Assembly: GCA_037139415.1 (NCBI GenBank)
Contig: JBAXGN010000091.1
Coordinates: 1-30,116, forward strand
Length of the DNA stretch: 30,116 nt
Reading direction: 5' to 3'
Source of the DNA: Verrucomicrobiota bacterium
GTDB taxonomy: Bacteria > Verrucomicrobiota > Verrucomicrobiia > Limisphaerales > Fontisphaeraceae
Position numbers and translations under genes: made by a program. Below the pieces are notes generated by a model. It was not told the DNA's origin. It was given only the letters and a program-made list of their open reading frames with translations, and did no database searches. This document shows, one piece after another, positions 1-8,064 of this stretch; the stretch's first letter is position 1, and every line of letters begins with the position of its first letter.

Positions 1-134
1 GGTGCGCAAAACGACGCCACAACCAGAGTAGTTAAAGTTACGAAGTCAAATTAATTAACCCCATGAACCTTTGGAGGTCAAGTCCAGGGCCAAGGATCCA
101 TCAACGCTCACTGCGGTGACTAATCAGTCAAGGA

Positions 135-986
135 TTGGGCAATGAACGTTGGGCAGCAGCGGGCCATCCAGTTTGTTGGTCAGGATGGCGCAACCAATTA
201 TTGCGACCACTGACATTTTTACGGTATTGCCAAATGGCCAGACTTGCGCCACACTCATCCCGCAACGCCATTATTCAGCAAACCCAAACGGCCGAGTCAC
301 GGTGTATGGGGTTGATGGTTGGCAAGGTTTTTGTACACGTGGAATTTATGTCGGAAAACAGCTCTGACACCCAGTTTATCACGGCCACGGATCGGGATTG
401 GGCGACGAAATTGAAGTCGCTGCAACCGACGCCGGGATACTGTATTTTCGTGGACATCGTCGGCTCCACGGCGCTGAAGGACAGCAGCATTTCCGAATGG
501 TGCAAGTTCATTCATCACACGTTCAACAGCACGCAATTCCACATTCCCGTGCCCATCCAGCCGCTTAAAAGCATCGGCGACTGCCTGATGTATTACATCC
601 CCGAGCCGCAGATGTGCGGTGAGACCCCGCTTTCATTGCTGGCCGGATTATACGGGCTGACCCGCCACACCGATGCCATCTTGCGCGATGTGCGCGTCTC
701 CATCGGTTATTGCCAGGATGTCTATGCCGTTTCTTTCCTGCTGGGCATGCACGACTTTTATGGCAAGGACATTGATCTCACCTCGCGCCTGTTAGCCATC
801 GCGCAGAGCAAGGAGATTTTGATGAACGAACCGTTTTACCAGCAGGTGCGGATGGAATTCAGCCACCACCAGAACTTCGAGCAGTACCCCTGCATGTTGG
901 AAATTCAGGGGCCTTGGACCCAAACCATGAAAGGGTTCCGCCAGCCGCTCCGCGTTTTTAAAGTCCATCCTCCCGAGCTTCCCTAA
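135..986 (+). CDS. hypothetical protein with a divergent class III nucleotidyl-cyclase (CHD)-like domain; true start probably internal (ATG at 306 or 351)
   Basis: 283 aa ORF. FVDIVGST resembles the first metal-binding Asp motif (F-x-D-I-x-G-F-T). IGDCLMYY resembles the second metal-Asp region. RVSIGY...GKDIDLTSRL resembles the R-x-G-I...N-x-A-x-R segment, but with Asp in place of the conserved Asn. GC is lower than the window average. Confidence 0.4.
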   Translation: MGNERWAAAGHPVCWSGWRNQLLRPLTFLRYCQMARLAPHSSRNAIIQQTQTAESRCMGLMVGKVFVHVEFMSENSSDTQFITATDRDWATKLKSLQPTPGYCIFVDIVGSTALKDSSISEWCKFIHHTFNSTQFHIPVPIQPLKSIGDCLMYYIPEPQMCGETPLSLLAGLYGLTRHTDAILRDVRVSIGYCQDVYAVSFLLGMHDFYGKDIDLTSRLLAIAQSKEILMNEPFYQQVRMEFSHHQNFEQYPCMLEIQGPWTQTMKGFRQPLRVFKVHPPELP

Positions 987-1158
987 TCCCCCCAACGCCA
1001 ACAGGGTCATTCAAAAAATTATGACCAGCAGATGCCAAGTCAGAAGCCAACTTTTGCAGAAATATTTTCGGGCACAAAAATAGGAAAATGGGACGGTTGC
1101 CAAGGGGATTCCATTTTCAACCGCCCCATTTTGATGGTTTGCATCGAGGGAGAGCAGG

Positions 1159-1431
1159 TTATTCAGGGACACTGATCATCCAGCGTTTGGCGCGGGTACG
1201 GCGGTCGAGGTAGGCGAGGAAGTCGAAGGCGGCGGATGCCGGGTCCTCCGGGATTTCGGCGGCGGGGATGGCGCGGGCAAGTTGTGCGATGCGGTAGCTG
1301 TCGTGGGTGCCTTGGGTGAGGTCGCGGGCAATCGCGCCCTGATTGACGAAGAGCAGGAACTTTTCCTGCCGGGTCCAAGGGTTGTTATTCATGGTCGTTA
1401 ATTCGTGTTTTATGTTCATAATGTTTATCAT
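1159..1431 (-). CDS. small hypothetical protein (start uncertain; ATG at 1392 also possible)
   Basis: 90 aa ORF with an AT-rich 5' end and no recognisable motifs. It lies just downstream of a hairpin/T-run at 1454-1488 on the same strand. Confidence 0.3.
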   Translation of the reverse strand: MINIMNIKHELTTMNNNPWTRQEKFLLFVNQGAIARDLTQGTHDSYRIAQLARAIPAAEIPEDPASAAFDFLAYLDRRTRAKRWMISVPE

Positions 1432-1453
1432 TTCGGGGAACAGCCTAAACCAG

Positions 1454-1488
1454 GGGGTAGGACAAATACGGTCCTACCCCTCAAAAAA
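1454..1488 (-). terminator. intrinsic-terminator-like hairpin (10 bp stem GGGGTAGGAC/GTCCTACCCC, 7 nt loop) followed on the minus strand by a T-run
   Basis: Plus strand reads ggggtaggac-aaatacg-gtcctacccc-tcaaaaaag, so the minus strand reads hairpin then CTTTTTTGA. Confidence 0.45.
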
Positions 1489-1527
1489 GTTTGAGAAATA
1501 TTTTGAGGGGAAAAGCCCAATCTCACC

Positions 1528-1755
1528 ATGCCCCGCATGGACGGTTGGGAGACCTTGGCAGCCCTCCGCCAGATCGTGCCCGGCATCCCGGTAATCCTCG
1601 CCAGCGGCTACGATGAAGCGCATGTCATGAAGGACGAGCACACGGAAAAGCCCCAGGCATTTCTGGGCAAACCATACGAATTGGATGCCCTGCGCAAAAC
1701 CCTTGAACGCGTGCTGGGGCAGGCCAAAACGGATTCCTCTACCCCAACCTCGTAG
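1528..1755 (+). pseudogene. remnant of a response-regulator receiver (REC) domain; C-terminal half only, beginning at the conserved MPxMDG motif
   Basis: MPRMDGWETLAALRQ...PVILASGYDE...LGKPYELDALRKTL matches the alpha3-beta5 portion of CheY-like receiver domains. The phospho-acceptor Asp and the upstream acidic pocket are absent. The upstream sequence is unrelated and contains a terminator-like hairpin. Confidence 0.5.
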
Positions 1756-2055
1756 CTGCCGAGGTAAGGAGACGGATCCCCTTTGCGTAGTCGCCGACGT
1801 CAGTCCGCGCAAATGCAGGCTCCTGCTTGCCCCTCTGATAATTGAGGCTAATGACACTCATAATACCACTTAATTACACCCTGTCATTCATAAAAAATCC
1901 CTCATAAAAACATTGCCCATTCCCTTCCAGTTTGAAATATTCCCGCCGTTTAACGTGGCGTCGGTTCGGTCTCCGGCGGGAATCAGGGCGGAACCGTGAC
2001 TGACAGCCCGGGTGGCCAACGTGTCACCCGATAAAATGCAACCATTGAAATTGAT

Positions 2056-3714
2056 ATGATAACTGAAATCTCGAATCTGCAAAAGGCGCGCGCGGCCTAT
2101 GAACCCAAGTTGCCCCAGGTGTTCGCCAAACACAACTTGGCGGTCAAAATCGTCAAGGGTGGCAAAACCGAATCCGTGGCGGACCAGGCCGAAATCAAGG
2201 CCATGTTCCCCAACACCTACGGCCTGCCCGTGCTCGGCATGGCCAAGGGGACCAAAAAAGTGAAAGCCCCGGCCTTGAAAGTCGGCGTGGTGCTTTCCGG
2301 CGGCCAGGCCCCGGGCGGACACAACGTCATCGCCGGCCTGTTCGACGGACTCAAGACTCTCAATGCCGGCAGCGTGCTTTATGGCTTCCTTGGCGGCCCC
2401 AAGGGCTTGGTCGAAAATAAATACAAGGTGCTCGACCATGCCACCATTGACGCCTACCGCAACACCGGCGGCTTTGACATCATCGGCTCCGGCCGCGACA
2501 AGCTCGACAAACCCGAGCAGTTCGACAAAGTGGCCGCCAACTGCAAGGAACTCGGCATTAAAGCCGTGGTCGTCATCGGTGGCGACGATTCCAACACCAA
2601 CGCCTGCCTGCTCGCCGAATACTTCCTTCAGCACAAGACCGGCATCCAGGTTATCGGCTGCCCCAAGACCATTGACGGCGACCTCAAGAACGAGCAGATT
2701 GAGACCTCCTTTGGCTTCGACACCGCCACCAAGGTTTACAGCGAACTCATCGGCAACATCCAGCGCGACGCCCTCTCCGCCAAGAAATACTGGCACTTCA
2801 TCAAGCTCATGGGCCGCTCCGCCTCCCACATCGCGCTGGAATGCGCCTTGCAGACGCACCCCAACGTGACGCTGATCTCGGAAGAGATCGCCGCCCAGCG
2901 CCAGTCCCTCAAGCAGATCACCACCTACATTGCCGGCATCATCCGCGACCGCGGCAACGCCAAGCAAAACTTCGGCGTGGTGCTGATCCCCGAGGGCCTG
3001 GTGGAATTCGTTCCCGAAATCAAGCAACTCATCCACGAACTCAACGACATCATCGGCAAGCATAAGGATGAGTTTGAAGGGATGACCCTTGATGGCCGGG
3101 TGCGCCTGGTGCAAGGGCATCTGCTCGAAGAATCCCTCCTGGCCTTCAATGCGCTGCCCAGCGTCATCCAGATGCAGCTCCTTAAGGAGCGCGATTCCCA
3201 CGGTAACGTCCAGGTGTCCCTGATCGAAACCGAGAAACTCCTCATCGAACTCGTCGCCAAGCAACTGGCCAAGTGGAAGGAAGACGGCACCTACACCGGC
3301 AAGTTCGCCGCCCTCAACCATTTCTTTGGCTATGAAGGCCGCTGCGCTGCGCCATCCAACTTCGATGCCGATTACGGCTACAGCCTTGGCTATACCTCCA
3401 GCCTGCTGATTGCCGATGGGCAGTCCGGTTACATGGCCGTCGTGAGCCAGGTCTCCAAGCCTGCCTCGGAATGGACCGCTGGCGGCATCCCGCTGACCAT
3501 GATGATGAACATGGAACGCCGCCACAACAAACACGTCCCGGTCATCCGCAAGGCGCTGGTGGAACTGAACGGCAAACCGTTCCAGGTGCTGCTGGGCCAT
3601 CGCGAAGTGTGGGCGGTGAACAGCGAATATATCTTCCCCGGCCCGATCCAGTACTTCGGCCCGTCGGAGGTCTGCGACCAACCGACCGTCACGCTCAAAC
3701 AGGAGCGCGCCTGA
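2056..3714 (+). CDS. pfp: pyrophosphate--fructose-6-phosphate 1-phosphotransferase (PPi-dependent phosphofructokinase, long ~550 aa type)
   Basis: 552 aa. GGDDSNTNA (Asp in place of the Gly of ATP-PFK GGDGS) and PKTIDGDL (Lys signature of PPi-PFKs). PFK fold motifs are present throughout. Followed by a strong terminator. Confidence 0.9.
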   Translation: MITEISNLQKARAAYEPKLPQVFAKHNLAVKIVKGGKTESVADQAEIKAMFPNTYGLPVLGMAKGTKKVKAPALKVGVVLSGGQAPGGHNVIAGLFDGLKTLNAGSVLYGFLGGPKGLVENKYKVLDHATIDAYRNTGGFDIIGSGRDKLDKPEQFDKVAANCKELGIKAVVVIGGDDSNTNACLLAEYFLQHKTGIQVIGCPKTIDGDLKNEQIETSFGFDTATKVYSELIGNIQRDALSAKKYWHFIKLMGRSASHIALECALQTHPNVTLISEEIAAQRQSLKQITTYIAGIIRDRGNAKQNFGVVLIPEGLVEFVPEIKQLIHELNDIIGKHKDEFEGMTLDGRVRLVQGHLLEESLLAFNALPSVIQMQLLKERDSHGNVQVSLIETEKLLIELVAKQLAKWKEDGTYTGKFAALNHFFGYEGRCAAPSNFDADYGYSLGYTSSLLIADGQSGYMAVVSQVSKPASEWTAGGIPLTMMMNMERRHNKHVPVIRKALVELNGKPFQVLLGHREVWAVNSEYIFPGPIQYFGPSEVCDQPTVTLKQERA

Positions 3715-3736
3715 GCGGAACGAAGGTTTTGAGCAA

Positions 3737-3772
3737 ATCCCCCGGCGGCAACCTTGCTGCCGGGGGATTTTT
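3737..3772 (+). terminator. rho-independent terminator of pfp
   Basis: atcccccggcggc-aacctt-gctgccgggggat, a ~12 bp GC stem with one mismatch and a 6 nt loop, followed by TTTTT, 23 nt after the pfp stop. Confidence 0.8.
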
Positions 3773-3904
3773 CATGGATGGAGGTGTCCTCATTTGCGCG
3801 CGTTGGCAGTTGTTTCGGAGCAGCACACAGCTCGACGATTCAAACGCCGGGTTGAACGGAACATATATTTGTCATTCTTGCTTTCATCGGCTTTCTTTTA
3901 GCCA

Positions 3905-4678
3905 ATGAAACGTAAAGCGGTTATTTTAGTCACGGCGAGCACCCAGAGCAAAGGCTCGGAGTTCGGTGACCTGTCATTGAGCCTTTCCGAATATTATTCG
4001 GAGGCCATCGTGGCCGCCGGTGGGGTGCCGCTGGTGTTGCCTTGCTTGGCCGACGAGACGGCGGTAGTGGCGGCGGTGCGTCAATGCGATGGGATTATGC
4101 TGACGGGTGGGGACGACGTGCAGCCCAAGCTGTATGCGCGCCGGCTGGCGCCCGCGCTGCGCCGCACGGTGGACCCCGTCCATCCCAAGCGGGAAATCGC
4201 TGAGCTATGGGTGATCCGCGAGGCGTTTCAGCAGCGGAAGCCTCTGCTGGCAATCTGTCGCGGCCAGCAACTTTTGAATGTGGCTCTGGGCGGGGACTTG
4301 GTGGTGGATATTTCCCAGCAATTGCCCGGGGCGTTAAATCACCAGCGAAGCGATAAGAAGGATCAATGGGTGCACGACGTGCGGCTCGAACCGGACTCGC
4401 TGTTGGCTAAAATCTCCGGCACCACCCGTTTGGGATCGAACAGCTCGCACCATCAGGCCTGTGGCCGAATCGCCGAGCTGTTGCGTGTGGTGGGCGTCAC
4501 GGGGGATGGCGTGGTTGAGGCCCTGGAATTGAAGCCCGAACACGCGCGGTTGCTACCGTTCATGGTCGCCGTCCAATACCATCCGGAACGCCTGTTTCGG
4601 CGGCATCCCCGGCACCTTGCGTTGTTCCTTTACTTTGTTCGCGTTTGTGCGAAACTAATCGGGAAGGTTAATACATGA
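3905..4678 (+). CDS. class I glutamine amidotransferase-like hydrolase, peptidase C26 / gamma-glutamyl-GABA hydrolase (PuuD) family
   Basis: 257 aa. LAICRGQQLLNVALGG (catalytic Cys), SSHHQA and VQYHPE (catalytic His) motifs typical of C26/PuuD. Stop overlaps the start of the next gene (ATGA at 4675). Confidence 0.75.
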   Translation: MKRKAVILVTASTQSKGSEFGDLSLSLSEYYSEAIVAAGGVPLVLPCLADETAVVAAVRQCDGIMLTGGDDVQPKLYARRLAPALRRTVDPVHPKREIAELWVIREAFQQRKPLLAICRGQQLLNVALGGDLVVDISQQLPGALNHQRSDKKDQWVHDVRLEPDSLLAKISGTTRLGSNSSHHQACGRIAELLRVVGVTGDGVVEALELKPEHARLLPFMVAVQYHPERLFRRHPRHLALFLYFVRVCAKLIGKVNT

Positions 4679-6021
4679 AACATCGTGTTCTCATCGTGGA
4701 CGATTCGCAGGATTTGCGAGGGATGTTGCGTTCCATCCTCGAAATCCAGGGTTATGACATTACCGAGGCGGGCAGCGGCGATGCCATGCGCAAGCAGATG
4801 GAGACGGGGCCGCAACCGGATGTCGTGTTGCTGGACCTGCATTTGCAGGATGGCGACGGCCTGGAGTTGTTGCCTGCCGTCAAACGTGCCTGGCCGCAAA
4901 CGGAAGTCATCATTCTGACCGGCTTCGCCTCGATTGACGCCGCCGTCACCGCCACCAAACTGGGCGCGTACGGCTTTTTGGAAAAGCCGTTCGATTCCAA
5001 GGTGCTGCTGTTGCACATCGAGCGCGCGCTCGAGCGCAAGCAGATGACCGAGGAGACGACCAAATTGCGCCAGGCCATCTCGGCCTTGAGCGGCGGCACC
5101 GCCCCGGTGTTTCAGAGCGCCTCGATGAAGTCCGTGGTGCGCACCGTGGAGAAAGTGGCCGGCAGCGACGTCTCCGTGCTGCTGGTCGGAGAAAGCGGGA
5201 CCGGCAAGGAAATCATTGCCGATCTGATTCACACGCTCAGCCCGCGCGCCAGCGGCCCCTTTGTCAAAGTCAACTGTGCCGCCCTGCCGCGCGAATTGAT
5301 TGAGAGCGAACTCTGCGGCTCGGTCAAGGGCGCGTACACCGGGGCGCATGCGGACCGGCACGGCCTGTTTCGGCAGGCGGAAAAGGGCACCTTGATGCTC
5401 GACGAAATATCGGAAATGCCGGTGGACACCCAGAGCAAATTATTGCGCGTGTTGCAGGACAAGGAAGTGCGGCCCGTGGGCGGCAAAAGCAGTTACACCA
5501 CCGATTGCCGCATCATCGCGGCCACCAATCGTCCGGTGCAACAGGCCATCCGTGATGGCAAATTGCGCGAGGATTTGTTTTACCGCATCAGCACCATCAC
5601 CATTTCCCTGGCGCCATTGCGCGAGCGGCCGGAGGATGTGTGCGCCCTGGCCAACTCATTTTTGCAGCGGTATGCCGCCCAGGCGGACCGCGCCTTCAGC
5701 GGGTTTTCCAAAAGCGCCCTGGAACGGTTGATGCGTTATGAATGGCCCGGCAATGTGCGGCAGTTGCAAAATGAAATACAACGCGCCGTGTTGATCGCGG
5801 AAGGCCCCGTCATCGAGCCGGACGATTTGTCCATCCAAGCCGAAGAAGGCGCGCACAGCACCGGGAATTCCGGGCTGCGCCTGATGGCGGCCATGGAGCG
5901 CAACACCATCGTGCAAGTGTTGAAAGATTGCGACGGGAACAAGGTCGAAGCCGCTAAACGGCTCGGCATCGGACGCCAGACGTTGTACAACAAGCTCAAA
6001 GAGTACGACCTCAAGGCATGA
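4675..6021 (+). CDS. sigma-54-dependent transcriptional activator, NtrC family (REC + AAA+ sigma54-interaction domain + Fis-type HTH)
   Basis: 448 aa. N-terminal receiver (LIVDDS...VVLLDLHLQDGDG). Walker A GESGTGKE. GAFTGA-loop present as GAYTGA. R-finger region. C-terminal HTH RLGIGRQTLYNKLKEY. Confidence 0.9.
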   Translation: MKHRVLIVDDSQDLRGMLRSILEIQGYDITEAGSGDAMRKQMETGPQPDVVLLDLHLQDGDGLELLPAVKRAWPQTEVIILTGFASIDAAVTATKLGAYGFLEKPFDSKVLLLHIERALERKQMTEETTKLRQAISALSGGTAPVFQSASMKSVVRTVEKVAGSDVSVLLVGESGTGKEIIADLIHTLSPRASGPFVKVNCAALPRELIESELCGSVKGAYTGAHADRHGLFRQAEKGTLMLDEISEMPVDTQSKLLRVLQDKEVRPVGGKSSYTTDCRIIAATNRPVQQAIRDGKLREDLFYRISTITISLAPLRERPEDVCALANSFLQRYAAQADRAFSGFSKSALERLMRYEWPGNVRQLQNEIQRAVLIAEGPVIEPDDLSIQAEEGAHSTGNSGLRLMAAMERNTIVQVLKDCDGNKVEAAKRLGIGRQTLYNKLKEYDLKA

Positions 6022-6079
6022 GGCCGCGCGCCCTGACACGGCGGAGGGGTTTTACGCCGATGATTAGGGGCAATGCGGG

Positions 6080-6655
6080 TTAAAGTCGGCGGGCCAATTC
6101 CGCTGAACTGTTGGCGTAGATCAACTGGTGCAGGGAATTACCTTGGGCATCCATGGTCACCACCGCCGGGAAATCCTTCACATCGAGTTCCCAGATGGCT
6201 TCCGGCGACCCGAATTCTTCAAGGAAATACACATTGCGCACCCGGGTGATGCACTCCGCCAACACCTGCGCCGCGCCGCCCACGGCGTGCAAGTAAACAC
6301 AGCCGAATTCCTTGCAGGCCGCCAGCGTGCGGTCGCCCATGCCACCCTTGCCGATGACACCGCGCAGCCCGAAATCCTTGATGATATGCCCTTGGTACGG
6401 TTCCTCGCGGATGGAGGTGGTGGGTCCGGCGGCAACCACCTTCCACTCACCCCGTTCATCTTTGATGACCACCGGGCCACAGTGATAAATCAGACCGTCC
6501 TTCAAGCTCACGCCTGGCGGCAACTGGCCACCTTCGTGCAGGTATTTATGCACCGCATCGCGCCCGGTGAACATCACGCCAGAGATCAGCACTTCATCGC
6601 CCACCTTGAGGGAGCGGATTTTGGCTTCATTAAATGGTAAAGTGAGGGGGATCAT
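6080..6655 (-). CDS. Fe-S hydro-lyase, tartrate/fumarate family, beta subunit (class I fumarate hydratase beta or L(+)-tartrate dehydratase beta)
   Basis: 191 aa. N-terminus MIPLTLPFNEAKIRSLKVGDEVLISGVMFTGRDAVHKYL is typical of FumB/TtdB-type beta subunits. Start overlaps the alpha-subunit stop. Confidence 0.85.
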   Translation of the reverse strand: MIPLTLPFNEAKIRSLKVGDEVLISGVMFTGRDAVHKYLHEGGQLPPGVSLKDGLIYHCGPVVIKDERGEWKVVAAGPTTSIREEPYQGHIIKDFGLRGVIGKGGMGDRTLAACKEFGCVYLHAVGGAAQVLAECITRVRNVYFLEEFGSPEAIWELDVKDFPAVVTMDAQGNSLHQLIYANSSAELARRL

Positions 6656-6656
6656 A

Positions 6657-7544
6657 TTAGTAGAGCCAGTTGAGGAGGTTGCCGTCGTTGGAAAGGGTCA
6701 CACCCATGCGCCGGAACGCCCAGCACATGTAGCTGACGCTGACGAAGTATGAGGCGGGTACGCGATTGATCGCACAAATCTTGACGCCCAGCAGCGTGGT
6801 CTTGCCTCCGAAACCCATCGGGCCAATGCCCAGTTCATTGGCGGTTTTCAGGATGTCCTGTTCCAGTTTATCGAGTTCGGGGTTGGGATTGCGATCTTCC
6901 AGCAAGCGCAGCAATTGGGTCTTGGAATACTCGAATCCGGTGGCGCGGTCGCCGCCGATGCAAACGCCCAGCACGCCCGGGCCACAGCCTTTGCCCTGAG
7001 CTTGGAGCACCGCGTCAAGGATCACCTTGCGGCACCCATCCAGATCCCGGTTGGCTTTGAGCTTTTCCAGCGGCAGGGAATACTGCGCACCCACGTTTTC
7101 GCACCCGCCGCCCTTGAGCATCAGGCGCACCTGGATTTCCGGTGAGCGATGTTGGTGAAAATGCAGGGTGGGCGCTCCGGGCCCTACATTGGTGCCATCG
7201 TTCTTGCCGGTGATCGAGTCCACCGAGTTCTGGCGCAGATACCCTTTCTTCGTGGCTTCCGTGACGGCCTCGCGGGCGGTCTCCGCAAACGTCACCTCAT
7301 CGTAGCCGATGGGGCACTCCACATAGAACAGCACGCTGCCGGTATCCTGACAAATCGGCTGGGATTTCGCCTTGGCCATCTCGATGTTTCGCTGAACGAT
7401 CTTCATGGCCGACTCGGCGATGCTGCCCTTTTTTTCCTGCTCCAGCGCGTTCAGGATGGCGCGTTGCACGTCGTCGGGGATCTCGGCGGAGGTTCGCCGG
7501 ATCAACTCAATCAATGATGTTTTTAAGCTGCTCATCTGCCCCAA
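6657..7544 (-). CDS. Fe-S hydro-lyase, tartrate/fumarate family, alpha subunit (start at 7544 or 7535)
   Basis: 295 aa. Conserved CQDTG motif (CQDTGSVLFYVE) and Cys-rich Fe-S ligand region. Translationally coupled to the beta subunit. Confidence 0.85.
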   Translation of the reverse strand: MGQMSSLKTSLIELIRRTSAEIPDDVQRAILNALEQEKKGSIAESAMKIVQRNIEMAKAKSQPICQDTGSVLFYVECPIGYDEVTFAETAREAVTEATKKGYLRQNSVDSITGKNDGTNVGPGAPTLHFHQHRSPEIQVRLMLKGGGCENVGAQYSLPLEKLKANRDLDGCRKVILDAVLQAQGKGCGPGVLGVCIGGDRATGFEYSKTQLLRLLEDRNPNPELDKLEQDILKTANELGIGPMGFGGKTTLLGVKICAINRVPASYFVSVSYMCWAFRRMGVTLSNDGNLLNWLY

Positions 7545-7603
7545 ACGCTAGACGGCGAATCGCAGGCTGTCAAAGAAATCCCTTCAAAAACCCACGGCGA
7601 AAT

Positions 7604-7969
7604 TAGGGCATGCAGATATTGCTCCAGAGCAACATCGCGTAAGCGGCGACCAGTCCCACCTGGCTGTGTTTGCCCATCACCTGGCGGTAGAGGTAGAAAT
7701 TGGGCTGCGCGTCCCGCTGCAAGGCCCCCCTGGTCAATCAGCCGGTCATAGTTTTCCTTACCCTTGGCATAGACGGCTGGAGAATAGAGATCGGTGCCCG
7801 GCGGCAGGTCAATCTCCGGTTTGCTGACGTGCAGAAAGCTCAAGGGCTTGTCCTTGGCCAGTGCCCGGGCTTCCTCGGACGACATCACGTCGTAAGGCAA
7901 TTCACAAACGCACCCCGCCAATTCGGGTTTGGGACGCAACGCGGCAAATGGGGTAACGTTGCTCATCAA
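7604..7969 (-). pseudogene. DUF1015-family gene remnant, frameshifted at a C6/G6 homopolymer (7725-7730) and truncated after ~130 codons
   Basis: N-terminus MSNVTPFAALRPKPELAGCVCELPYDVMSSEEARAL matches the DUF1015 start (PFRALRY...PPYDVIS). After the G6 run, the -1 frame gives ALQRDAQPNFYLYRQVMGKHSQVGLVAAY, matching DUF1015 EPAFYVY...GLVA. It then hits a stop just upstream of the fumarate hydratase alpha start. Confidence 0.5.
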
Positions 7970-8064
7970 GGTGATCGAGACCCAGGGGAACCTGAGCAGC
8001 CACTACGAAATCCAGCCAACCCAACCCTGACAAAGCCTTCGTGGAGAGCGAAAGCAAAGCCCTC

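Noticed and set aside
1474-1857. 127 aa minus-strand ORF overlapping the REC remnant
   Set aside because: It overlaps the receiver-domain remnant in antisense and has no motifs. The minus-strand terminator at 1454-1488 could belong to a transcript through here, but the ORF itself is unsupported.
1888-3681. 597 aa ORF antisense to pfp (and 2363-2869 Pro/Ser/Thr-rich alternative frame)
   Set aside because: High-GC shadow ORF fully overlapping a strongly supported gene. Low-complexity G/A/V-rich translation with no motifs.
4630-5361. 243 aa ORF antisense to the sigma54 activator
   Set aside because: Shadow ORF. The overlapping NtrC-family gene has complete conserved motifs.
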